A stretch of 44,619 nucleotides of DNA from a virus (lineage: Duplodnaviria > Caudoviricetes), in the IMG/VR virus record IMGVR_UViG_3300020045_009036, positions 1 through 44,619 of that record; one strand, 5' to 3'. Every line of letters starts with the position of its first letter. The first letter of the stretch is position 1. Below are positions 8,422 through 17,198 of the stretch, one piece after another. The position numbers were made by a program, and so were the translations under genes. The notes beneath the pieces were generated by a model, which worked only from the letters and a program-made list of their open reading frames with translations, was not told the origin of the DNA and did not search any database.

Positions 8422-8748
8422 ATGAGTGGGAAAATTGAGGTGGTTGCTTATTATAAGGAGCAACAGGTTGGCACAAAAGAAGTTGAAGAGTATGACTTTA
8501 TCAGCGAAGAGTTTGTAAAAGTAACTGCTCCACCTTGGAAAATGGAACGCTTTGAAGTGGGTAATGCGCCCGAATTACCTTGTCAGGTAATATGCAAAAT
8601 TGAAGAAAAAGGGTATTTTTCTTGCACACTTGGCAAAGATTATCGCTATACAAGACCAAGCCGCGAAGGCTTTACAGTATCAAGCCAAGACTTAGATTAT
8701 CTTGCGATTGGCGTTGTAACTCATGCGATAGAAAAGGCGGCTTTATGA
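8422..8748 (+). CDS. hypothetical protein (moron)
   Basis: Identical GAGGATAAGAAAATG start context. Confidence 0.7.
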   Translation: MSGKIEVVAYYKEQQVGTKEVEEYDFISEEFVKVTAPPWKMERFEVGNAPELPCQVICKIEEKGYFSCTLGKDYRYTRPSREGFTVSSQDLDYLAIGVVTHAIEKAAL

Positions 8749-9173
8749 GTGTTGATTTGGATGCTTACATCAAAGAATGGCTAGACGAAAATTCGCGCTA
8801 TGGAAACTCAAAAGTTTGGTTGCACTATAAAGACGGGCGCACTATGTCAGGCGGTATGATACGCGAGCTTGAAAAGGCAAAGGCTTATGCGTATGGAATT
8901 ATTGGCGTTCCCGATGTGGAATTTGTTAATTCACTGAACAAAGATTCTGAATTTTCACAGCGTAAGCAATTTTTACAACCTTTTATCGAAGGTAAAAATC
9001 GGGCAGAATCGATGCTTGATAATAAAATCGCCGTCAAAAGGGGGTCAGTTTTGGATTCTGTTTTGCAAGTAAGAGTGAGTAAGGATGAAAAAGCGGCTTT
9101 TTTCAAAGCGGCAAATGGGCGTAAATTATCGGAATGGATAATCGAGACACTAAAAAAAGAAGCGAAAATATAA
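8745..9173 (+). CDS. protein with C-terminal ribbon-helix-helix domain
   Basis: Likely start MSVDLDAY (ATGA overlap); LQVRVSKDEKAAFFKAANGRKLSEWIIETL. Confidence 0.65.
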   Translation: MSVDLDAYIKEWLDENSRYGNSKVWLHYKDGRTMSGGMIRELEKAKAYAYGIIGVPDVEFVNSLNKDSEFSQRKQFLQPFIEGKNRAESMLDNKIAVKRGSVLDSVLQVRVSKDEKAAFFKAANGRKLSEWIIETLKKEAKI

Positions 9174-9176
9174 ACT

Positions 9177-9202
9177 AAAGCCGCCTAATCAGCGGCTTTT
9201 TT
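9177..9202 (+). terminator. intrinsic terminator
   Basis: AAAGCCGC-ctaatca-GCGGCTTT plus T run. Confidence 0.8.
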
Positions 9203-9210
9203 ATTGCAAT

Positions 9211-9404
9211 TTTGGACAGATGAAACGCGCTAAACCTTTTAGATTATATAATTTCGCTCCAATCTAGCATCGGTGCAACGCAAAAGCGGTGAGATAGTTT
9301 TTCTTTGTTTATCATGGGTTAAGTTTGTTTGAATTTGTGCGAATTTGTCTATATTTGAAAGTTTTGGACGGATATAATTCCGATAGTTTTATCATCTGTC
9401 CAAA
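9211..9404. other. attP of DusA-associated integrase, with arm-type repeats
   Basis: Contains a dusA 5' homology core; TTTGGACAGATGA (9211-9223) is inverted at 9392-9404; related TTTGGACGGAT at 9363-9373. Confidence 0.8.
9244..9315 (-). pseudogene. dusA: replacement 5' end of tRNA-dihydrouridine synthase A carried in attP
   Basis: Translates MINKEKLSHRFCVAPMLDWSEII*; RFxVAPMLDW is the conserved DusA N-terminal motif. Confidence 0.85.
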
Positions 9405-9415
9405 GAGAGTAAAAA

Positions 9416-10423
9416 ATGGCATCTATTATCAAGCGTACCAAAGCAAACGGCGACATTGTTTTCGATTGCGTGATTAAAATGCGACATAACGGAATTTTAC
9501 ACCGTGAATCAAAAACCTTCTTAAAAGAAAAACTCGCTAAAGATTACGCCATGCGCCGTGAGTTGGAATTGCAAGAAAATAGCGTCTACAAAACTCGCGT
9601 ATTTTTATCCGTTGGGGACGTGATTCAAAAGTATATTGACGAATTCAAACCCGAAGGACGTAGCAAAATAAACGACCTCAAGCAACTATTGCGGCGCGAA
9701 ATTTCAAAATTTAACGTCCATAAACTCACCGCGAAAGATTTAATCGCCCACATTCGCCAACGCAACACCGAATGCCAACCGCAAACCGCTCAGAACGATT
9801 TGATTTGGTTGAATACCGTCATTTCGACAATGAAAGGCGTGATTGATTTGGATACCGACTTAACCATTTTTCAATCAGCTCGTGAAGTTTTGCGACGAGA
9901 AGGTTTAATTGCGAGTTCAACGCAACGTGAACGCCGACCAACGGCAAAAGAATGTTGGCAATTATCGCGGTATTTTCATGCTAACAATTACAAGATGTTG
10001 CATTTGATTTGGTTTGCGATTTATTCCGCACGCCGTCAAAGTGAAATCATGAAATTGCGCTGGGAAGATTTGAACCACGATGACCGCACGATTTGGGTGC
10101 GTGATTTGAAAGACCCACGCAAAAAAGGCGTGAAGCGAAAATGTAAATTGCCGCGTGGTGCTTATAAAATCATCATGAAACAACCCCAAAACGGCGCGTT
10201 GATTTTCCCTTTTAATGGCAAATCAATCGGCGCAAATTTTACTCGCGCCTGTAAATTTTTGGGGATTGAGGATTTACATTTTCACGATCTAAGGCATCAT
10301 GCAACATCAAGCCTGTTTGAGCGTGGCTTATCAATCCAACAAGTTCAGCTCGTTACGTTACATTCAAGTTGGCAAACATTACAGCGTTATTGCAATATGT
10401 CAGCAGGTGACTTGGATATTTAA
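9416..10423 (+). CDS. int: tyrosine integrase, DusA-associated (Rci-related) family
   Basis: R(RQSEI), K(DP), HDLRH, H, Y catalytic residues; N-terminal ESKTF..AKDY; adjacent dusA att core. Confidence 0.92.
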   Translation: MASIIKRTKANGDIVFDCVIKMRHNGILHRESKTFLKEKLAKDYAMRRELELQENSVYKTRVFLSVGDVIQKYIDEFKPEGRSKINDLKQLLRREISKFNVHKLTAKDLIAHIRQRNTECQPQTAQNDLIWLNTVISTMKGVIDLDTDLTIFQSAREVLRREGLIASSTQRERRPTAKECWQLSRYFHANNYKMLHLIWFAIYSARRQSEIMKLRWEDLNHDDRTIWVRDLKDPRKKGVKRKCKLPRGAYKIIMKQPQNGALIFPFNGKSIGANFTRACKFLGIEDLHFHDLRHHATSSLFERGLSIQQVQLVTLHSSWQTLQRYCNMSAGDLDI

Positions 10424-10432
10424 GAGAGAGAA

Positions 10433-10966
10433 ATGGCAAAGAAAAAGAAAAGTTTTATCGGTGTTTTATTTATGTTTCTGATAAGTGTTGCAGGAATTTT
10501 CTCTCTTGTCCTGATTGCGTATGTTTTTTTCCATACATTTCCCGCAATGTTTAAGTTTTTTATATTGGGAATCGTTGCGCTGGCAGCGTGGTTTTTTTAT
10601 AAAAAAAGACGGGTGGAAACACCAGAAGAAATACGGACAAGATTTGGTTACACATCTGATGTCCAGCAAAATTATTCGCCAACACAATATACTCCACCAG
10701 TCACAACGCCAACACGAAGAACGCGCAAACCTTCTAAAAAATTACATTTGCAAATTGACTATATCGACAACGATGGTATTGAAACATCGCGCGAGATTGT
10801 GATTTCAGGAAAAACAAAAGTTGATAATTATTACATTCATGCAAAATGCTTACTTAGAAATGAACAGCGTATGTTTAAAATTCACATGGTTCAACATTGT
10901 TTTAATCCAGAAACAGGCGAATTCGTATCTGATATAAAAAAATATGTTGACGATTTTTATAGTTAA
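10433..10966 (+). CDS. two-TM membrane protein with C-terminal WYL-like domain
   Basis: Two N-terminal TM helices, P/T-rich linker, LQIDYID.DG..T.REI...YIHAKCLLRNEQRMFK. Confidence 0.65.
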   Translation: MAKKKKSFIGVLFMFLISVAGIFSLVLIAYVFFHTFPAMFKFFILGIVALAAWFFYKKRRVETPEEIRTRFGYTSDVQQNYSPTQYTPPVTTPTRRTRKPSKKLHLQIDYIDNDGIETSREIVISGKTKVDNYYIHAKCLLRNEQRMFKIHMVQHCFNPETGEFVSDIKKYVDDFYS

Positions 10967-10980
10967 GGCTTAACCTATTT

Positions 10981-11050
10981 GCGAGCTTCAAACTCATTCA
11001 ATAGCGTTACCCACACACGAAAGCCATGTGGTTTTTTTATGCCTATCAGT
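10981..11050 (+). ncRNA. c4-like antisense RNA (cassette 1)
   Basis: TTGACG (10947)..TAACCT (10971) promoter; GAGCTTCAAAC and TTCAATAG are complementary to CTATTGAA and GTTTGAAGCTC at 11124-11144; CCACA..TGTGG stem plus TTTTTTTATGCC as in P1/P7 c4-type leaders. Confidence 0.65.
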
Positions 11051-11194
11051 TTAGTAATTCGCCATTCATGGTAGAATTACATCGTGATTAGGAGTGCCAA
11101 TCTGGTAACACTTGGCGCAGTATCTATTGAACTGTTTGAAGCTCCTAATCGCTCCCTCGGGAGTAACTTCAAAAAAACAATAGGAAAATTCATC

Positions 11195-12085
11195 ATGTAT
11201 ACAATGTCACTCGCCATTTCTGGCACTTCAATTCGTCAAGATTCAAACGGTCGTTTTTGCTTAAACGATTTACACAAATCCGCTGGTGGTGAAAAACTAC
11301 ATCAACCTTCAAACTGGTTAAGAATGCAGCAAACCATTGATTTAATTTCAGTCCTCGAATCTGAGGAGTGCAAAACAAAACCACTTGAAGTAATAAATGG
11401 CGGTAATAATCGCGGCACATTCGTTGTTAAAGAGTTGGTTTATGCTTATGCAACTTGGATTAGTGCAAAATTCTTTTTGTCAGTCATTCGCGCTTACGAT
11501 TCGTTAGTTTCAAAACCTGCTTACGCCTTGATTGATTTGGCATCAATCAACACAGCCCAACGCGGCGTATTAAGTGCAATCGTTTCTGAAATCGCCACAT
11601 CAAGCGGCAAAGAAGGCACAACCAAAGTGGCGTTATGGTCGCGTTTTTCAACGCATTTCAAATTGAATGGTTTCAAAGAATTACCTGCCATCAAATTCGA
11701 TGAAGCAAAAAGTTATCTTGAAAATTTACGCGCTGAATACGATAGAGGTTTTACGCTTGCGGTGGTAAAAAAGGACGATTTACAAACATTGGGGTATGAC
11801 AACGAAACGAAAATGTTTGCGCTTCGTGCATTACCCAATGAGAAACAGCCAACATCAACATGGCAAAATCACGCGACGATGATTTTAACCAGCCATGAAG
11901 ATGCGACTTACACAATTCAATATCACAAAGGCATTTCAGTGATTATGAAGCAACCTGAAAACGTGATGATTGGCACGCCTGAAAATATCATCCGTGATTT
12001 AACTGCAATGGGTTATCACGTTGTGAAAGATAACCCTGAAAACAAACTCGAAACGATTGTGAAAATTGCAGGTTTTGTGGCTTAA
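11195..12085 (+). CDS. antirepressor-like protein: KilA-N + ORF6C-like + extra C-terminal domain
   Basis: IRQDSNGRFCLNDLHKSAG...PSNWLR...GTFVVKELVYAYATWISAKF (KilA-N); LWSRFSTHFK...ELPAIKFDEAKSYL (ORF6C-like); AGGA RBS before ATG 11195. Confidence 0.85.
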   Translation: MYTMSLAISGTSIRQDSNGRFCLNDLHKSAGGEKLHQPSNWLRMQQTIDLISVLESEECKTKPLEVINGGNNRGTFVVKELVYAYATWISAKFFLSVIRAYDSLVSKPAYALIDLASINTAQRGVLSAIVSEIATSSGKEGTTKVALWSRFSTHFKLNGFKELPAIKFDEAKSYLENLRAEYDRGFTLAVVKKDDLQTLGYDNETKMFALRALPNEKQPTSTWQNHATMILTSHEDATYTIQYHKGISVIMKQPENVMIGTPENIIRDLTAMGYHVVKDNPENKLETIVKIAGFVA

Positions 12086-14514
12086 ATCACAATTTCAGAA
12101 AGCGTCAACGATGGGGCTTTGCTTTCTAAAGCTCCATTGCGAATATACCACTTTTCAGCAACACCACCCACGCCACGACACCGAATAACCCCGCCATCAA
12201 TCAAGGTCATCAAAGATGTTTGACCATCCACACTTGCCACCGTGCCAACTAACAAGGGCGACGACGGCAACATTTCTTTAAAAGCCGTCCACACATTTGT
12301 CGATTCATTTCCGATTTGAATGGTTTGCGTAATCTTATCCAGTGACGCATCAATTGAAACCGAATTCACTACCCCACGCACTTGACCACCATCAATGTTA
12401 ATTCTGACAAAAACACCGACATTCACCAGTGGATAATCACCACCCAACGACATCGAAACCGATTGAATGGCAGGCTGTTCATAATTATCAGCAAGGATTT
12501 TTTCGCCTAATTGCCGCGTACCAACCACGTCAGTCATGAGCGCGTTGGTTTGTGTTGCGGATAACTTATCGCCTGCTGTACCCGTCAATCGACAACGCGA
12601 CAAGATTCCGCCCTGTTCACTGCCGTGAATATAAACGGCGTTAGCTTGCGTTGGCACAATGTTTCGATACGACAATGAAATAATCGCAGCATCAGGAATA
12701 ATCAAATCGGGCGTTGTCGCATCAAAATTCCAAGGCAAAACAGAATAATGCGCTAAAACAGTTAGCACTTTTGCGTTACGCGACGGCACAACGATAGCCC
12801 CGACACTTGCCGCAATTTCGCTAATCACCTGTATCGGTGTTTTTGACGTGTAAGAAAATGCCCCGCTGGGAACGTTCCAGTCTTGACAATTCCAATTCAA
12901 AGTCCAGCCGACAGGCAACTCCAGCGCGGCGATTTGTTGAACCGTCATTAAACTGGATTGCGTCGCACTTCGCGGTTGTTCATAAGGACTTGAAAGCAAC
13001 GCTGATAAACTTCGTCCGCTTAATGAAATGGAATTTTTAGCAAAAGAACGATTGCGCGTAATCTTTTCAACCAGCATTTTGAATTGCGTGCCGTCAATCG
13101 TAATCACCAACGTGACAGGCGGTGCATTAGTAGGTTGTTTCACTAAATCGAGTTGTGTTAAATCTAGTAAATTCGCGCTAAATGACCACGCAAACGAGTT
13201 GTTATCAAGCGACAATTTCACGCCGTCCACTTGAATCGGTGTTAAGTCTTCGAGCGTAACGGTGATGGTATGTTGCATTTGATAAACCTGTTTTGTGGGG
13301 ATTGTGACGGTAACGTGGTCGGGTGGAATGTATGGCGGTGGTCGCGGAATATCGACGATTTCGCCGATTAAATGCGCGGGTGTATTCCAAATAGGACGCG
13401 CCTTTTGGTCACGCTCGATTAACTGACGAATGCGCGGAATTGAAACAGTGATTTTTGTTAATGCAACGCGCTCGATTGGCTTTGCAGTTCGCGCCGAAAC
13501 AATCACTGTTTCTTCAAACGGCTTCGATTTTGACAACGTGGTGATATAGGTTTTTTCATACGGAATGGAATCCACGCAATCACTCGCATAACGTGCTTCA
13601 ATGTTATTGGCTTCTTCTGCGACAACGTGCGAAATGACACGCAATCCTGCTCGCTCTGTTGAATAATTGAAAAGCAAATTGTCGTTTGCCCACGCTGCAA
13701 AAAATATCGGTTCACTGGTATAAATCGACGTGTTATCAAAAATGGTGCGATTCGGTGCGATGACAAACTCAAATTCATCAATTAAATTGAAATTATTTCC
13801 ACCCGTGTGATTCGATTCGATTAAATCAAAATGAACTGGCGTTTGATGATTAAAATGGATTTTTTCATTATCTGAAAAAGGGCGACTGTTTAGCGTGATG
13901 CCAAAATCAAACGTCGTCGTTGGCGTGTAACGGTATTGAGTGGGCGGCTCTTTGAATAATGCCGTGCTGAATCGGTGTTGAGCCAAGTGGCAATCTTGCG
14001 TGATAGCGTTTGAATAATGACGAACTACGTCACACTGTTGCGCGACAACAGATAATGAATCAATGACGTTATTTGTCGATTCGGTGACTGATTGCATCGT
14101 GCTTGATGCTGAAATGCTCGATTTTAAACCAACGATTTTAGTGTCAATTATTGCCGCTGATTTCGCCACACCAAACATAATACCCGTCGAAACGTGCGGA
14201 ATAGTTTTGACAATCGCGTTTGAAAAACTGCCCGTTGCGTCGTCAGTCGTGGATGACAAAATTCCACGATAAACAATTGGATTATTTACTAAAAACAACC
14301 CAACAGCGTCATCCGTTGTCGCGCTAAAAAACCCAACAGGCTCATTGAATCCAACAAACGCCCCTGCTGAATCGTCAGTTGTCGCGCTAATGATGCCGCT
14401 TGTGACGCTTGGTTCAACACCTAAATCAAACTGAACAGATAAGCCAGCGGGCGCAACATAAACGCCTAAAAAGTCAAAATTAACTGATGAACTATTTGGC
14501 GGCGTATAGGACAT
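12082..14514 (-). CDS. tail tip/hub-type structural protein, multi-domain fusion
   Basis: Last gene of the tail operon; N-terminal YTPP..VNFDF and three ATTDD-type repeats; C-terminal hub-like region (SFAWSFSA, DWNVPSGAFS) like D3112/B3-type tail genes. Confidence 0.7.
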   Translation of the reverse strand: MSYTPPNSSSVNFDFLGVYVAPAGLSVQFDLGVEPSVTSGIISATTDDSAGAFVGFNEPVGFFSATTDDAVGLFLVNNPIVYRGILSSTTDDATGSFSNAIVKTIPHVSTGIMFGVAKSAAIIDTKIVGLKSSISASSTMQSVTESTNNVIDSLSVVAQQCDVVRHYSNAITQDCHLAQHRFSTALFKEPPTQYRYTPTTTFDFGITLNSRPFSDNEKIHFNHQTPVHFDLIESNHTGGNNFNLIDEFEFVIAPNRTIFDNTSIYTSEPIFFAAWANDNLLFNYSTERAGLRVISHVVAEEANNIEARYASDCVDSIPYEKTYITTLSKSKPFEETVIVSARTAKPIERVALTKITVSIPRIRQLIERDQKARPIWNTPAHLIGEIVDIPRPPPYIPPDHVTVTIPTKQVYQMQHTITVTLEDLTPIQVDGVKLSLDNNSFAWSFSANLLDLTQLDLVKQPTNAPPVTLVITIDGTQFKMLVEKITRNRSFAKNSISLSGRSLSALLSSPYEQPRSATQSSLMTVQQIAALELPVGWTLNWNCQDWNVPSGAFSYTSKTPIQVISEIAASVGAIVVPSRNAKVLTVLAHYSVLPWNFDATTPDLIIPDAAIISLSYRNIVPTQANAVYIHGSEQGGILSRCRLTGTAGDKLSATQTNALMTDVVGTRQLGEKILADNYEQPAIQSVSMSLGGDYPLVNVGVFVRINIDGGQVRGVVNSVSIDASLDKITQTIQIGNESTNVWTAFKEMLPSSPLLVGTVASVDGQTSLMTLIDGGVIRCRGVGGVAEKWYIRNGALESKAPSLTLSEIVI

Positions 14515-14927
14515 TATGCGGGTGTCAATTTATCAAAAACTTGCGCGTTGAACGGCTGTTCAGTAATCGCAACCGCATAATAATCCGCGACGTTTCGATT
14601 CAAACCACACGCAAACGAAAACACGCCATCCGCATTTGTGAACGTTGATTGAATCAAATTCCCAGATTTTCTGTGATACAAATTCACCCGTGCTTTATTT
14701 TGTAGCACGCCTAACACTTTTACCGTACCTGCAATGATGCCGTGTCTATCTTCCGTTAAGAAGACAGCATTTTCGGCAGCCGTTCCATTGGACAACCAAA
14801 ACGGCATTGGCGTTGTTAATTCACGCGCGGACTCAAGCACAACACCGACCGCAGGATTAAAACCCGCAATCAAAACAAGTTGCTCAATTCCTTTATCGAG
14901 AACTATGTCAACCGTGATATTCGCCAT
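14514..14927 (-). CDS. tail accessory protein with carboxypeptidase-regulatory-like beta sandwich
   Basis: IAGTVKV.G....ARVNLYHRKSGNLIQSTFTNADGVFSF. Confidence 0.6.
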   Translation of the reverse strand: MANITVDIVLDKGIEQLVLIAGFNPAVGVVLESARELTTPMPFWLSNGTAAENAVFLTEDRHGIIAGTVKVLGVLQNKARVNLYHRKSGNLIQSTFTNADGVFSFACGLNRNVADYYAVAITEQPFNAQVFDKLTPA

Positions 14928-16060
14928 CAGCTATACCATGTATTGCTAATTTCGATTAAAGCTTGCATGGTTGTTCCCGTTTGATTTGACATTAACTGCG
15001 CTAAAAATTTACGCCCCGAATTTACGCCCGTTCCAGTGATAATATCGCCATTTTGGAACGGAATATTGTGTATTGGGTTCCATAAACCTGGCACTTTTCC
15101 GCGTAATCCAGCGGTCATCTCAGCTGCTAAAATAGGTGAGATGTGCAAACTGTTATCTATTGGGCATGGATAAGGCATTGCGCCAGATTGTTGACCAAGT
15201 GAATTCTGACCTGAATTTCTATCCGACATAAACGCACATTGTAACGACTGTCCAACTTGTGTGTGAGGGCGTGCGATGTAGTGACCTACAGTAACCGCGC
15301 CCGCTGATAATGATGTAGCTAATGCCAATGTTTGATAGCTCCCGCCAGCCCCCGTAGTTCCTCCGAAATCAATCACGGTATTAAAAGCATCTCCCGATTT
15401 ATTGGAAATAATATCACCAAAAAAATAATATTCTCTTTGAGTTCCATCTTCGCCAATAAAAATATGTAGAGCTTTTTCATCTGCAATAATGTCCCAGACT
15501 CTAGCCGTTGTAGAATTTGACTTACCTGCATACAACCCACCAGCAAATTGCGTCTCCGTCGGAAAATCGCCTGTCCCAGTGCTGATGTCGGTCATTGCTT
15601 CAAAGGCTTTAACACGCGCGAAAGCTGTCGTTGTGTCGCTAACCCGCAAATACATTCCATTTGAACCCGCGCCTTGTTTATACGCCGCCAGGTTTGTTCC
15701 TGAAAATGGCTTTGTCCAATCAGCGGGCGCGACTTTCGACGTGATTGTGCCTGTCGCGGGTGTAACTGGTGAGTTTGCGACTTGGTAAGTAAATGTTGTT
15801 GCGCCAGTGACCGTGATTGCAAAATCGCCGTTGTAATCGGATTGACCTGCGCCACTGATACGCATGAACGTCCCGTCTTTTAGCAAATGCGCTGATGGCG
15901 TTGTAACAGTTGCAGTCGTGCCTGTTCGTGTAATCGACGTGACAGTTTGCGACCCGTAACCATTGACTAAACAGGCATCTAAAATGGCTATCAATGCGCC
16001 CGCCGCGTTGGTGTTTGCGGGTGCGCCGAAATCGGTACTTCTAAAAACTTTTACGGTCAT
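14927..16060 (-). CDS. tail fibre/receptor-binding-like protein
   Basis: GAP.....GALIAILDACLVNGYG N-terminus and LRG.VPGLW C-terminus typical of D3112/B3-like virion proteins. Confidence 0.7.
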   Translation of the reverse strand: MTVKVFRSTDFGAPANTNAAGALIAILDACLVNGYGSQTVTSITRTGTTATVTTPSAHLLKDGTFMRISGAGQSDYNGDFAITVTGATTFTYQVANSPVTPATGTITSKVAPADWTKPFSGTNLAAYKQGAGSNGMYLRVSDTTTAFARVKAFEAMTDISTGTGDFPTETQFAGGLYAGKSNSTTARVWDIIADEKALHIFIGEDGTQREYYFFGDIISNKSGDAFNTVIDFGGTTGAGGSYQTLALATSLSAGAVTVGHYIARPHTQVGQSLQCAFMSDRNSGQNSLGQQSGAMPYPCPIDNSLHISPILAAEMTAGLRGKVPGLWNPIHNIPFQNGDIITGTGVNSGRKFLAQLMSNQTGTTMQALIEISNTWYS

Positions 16061-16791
16061 AATTTTCTCGTTGGAATAATTGGATATTGTGTGATGGGTT
16101 GATTAAATCGCTCAATGAGTTCCCAAACACAGCCGCCGTCATGCGTCAAAATTTCGGGGTTCGTTGACCATGTTGGTTCAGAATTGCCCGATAACATGGT
16201 TTTGCGATTGCGGTAATAATAGGGCGTTGCAGTGGTATCCGTTGGAAATACAAAGTCATCGATAAAATAGGTTTTTGATGCCTCCCATACTGTGCCGCAT
16301 TCTTGAGTAACGGTGACGCTGACAGGTTGTGCATCAGCCATTAAGATTGCAGTTGTGCCGTTGAAAACTTGCTTGCTTAAAATCAATTCGCCGCGTGAAT
16401 TATGGATAAAAGCATTAAACCATCGTGCCACATTTGAACCATTAAGCGACAAACTCAATTCAAACAATTCAACGACAAAATGGCGTGTTTCATTTATCCA
16501 GTCACGTTGCGCGTATTCGATGTGGGAAATTGTCCAGTGCTGATTGTCGTCACTGTATTCAATGACAAACGACTTCGGTGCTGACAACCCGTTTGCGGCG
16601 AACGAATACGCGCCGACAACTTGCGGGTCGGTAAATTCATAATGAAATAGCGTATTTGAAATCGTGCTAACGGTTGCAAGCAGAATAAGGTTTGCAGTAT
16701 GCGGATAATTGCTAAATTCCAAGCCTGTCAACGCGCTGTCGTTTCCGTTTGTTTCTAAGATTCGCAACTGCCAGTAGCGAGCCGAAATCAT
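16057..16791 (-). CDS. tail-associated protein with discoidin-like and short carbohydrate-binding-like motifs
   Basis: ARYWQLRI...APKSFVIEYSDDNQHW; WEASKTY..DFVFP...SGNSEPTW...DGGCVW. Confidence 0.55.
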   Translation of the reverse strand: MISARYWQLRILETNGNDSALTGLEFSNYPHTANLILLATVSTISNTLFHYEFTDPQVVGAYSFAANGLSAPKSFVIEYSDDNQHWTISHIEYAQRDWINETRHFVVELFELSLSLNGSNVARWFNAFIHNSRGELILSKQVFNGTTAILMADAQPVSVTVTQECGTVWEASKTYFIDDFVFPTDTTATPYYYRNRKTMLSGNSEPTWSTNPEILTHDGGCVWELIERFNQPITQYPIIPTRKL

Positions 16792-17198
16792 TACACATTA
16801 CCTTCTGTAATTTGTGCTGACAAGATGCTGAAATTGCCACCGACTAGCACATCAAGATTATTGAAAATAACCGTTGCGCCACTGCCAGACAATCCACAAT
16901 CACAATCCATAATAAATGCGCCTGTGCTGTCTGCGATACGCGCCCAACTAATCGTTCCGTCAGCTAAAACAGGCGTGTTATTGGTCGCGCTAAACGTCAA
17001 AACGCCCGTTGTGGCTGTACCACTTACGTTTTGAAATAACACAGTGCCTAACAGTGTTTGTGTCGTAATTGCTGCACCTGTTGTGGGTTTGGTGGCGGTG
17101 TAAAATTTGATTGTTCCCGCTGACGAACCCGCGTCAATTGCATCAATAATCGCTTGCGCCCGTGCGGTTCGTAGTGCTGTTGACATATTAAGCGGCAT
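16791..17198 (-). CDS. virion structural (tail) protein
   Basis: LRTARAQAI...GTIKFYT..KP...DGTISWARI.DS.G. Confidence 0.7.
   Translation of the reverse strand: MPLNMSTALRTARAQAIIDAIDAGSSAGTIKFYTATKPTTGAAITTQTLLGTVLFQNVSGTATTGVLTFSATNNTPVLADGTISWARIADSTGAFIMDCDCGLSGSGATVIFNNLDVLVGGNFSILSAQITEGNV

Noticed and set aside
9416-10423. Shufflon (Rci) invertase acting on tail genes
   Set aside because: The adjacent dusA att core explains the enzyme; no sfx-like repeats or inverted tail-fibre cassettes were seen.
11084-11194. N-terminal extension of the KilA-N ORF from GTG 11084
   Set aside because: It overlaps the c4 target hairpin, and the RBS and domain start fit ATG 11195. An icd/ash-like in-frame leader cannot be fully excluded.
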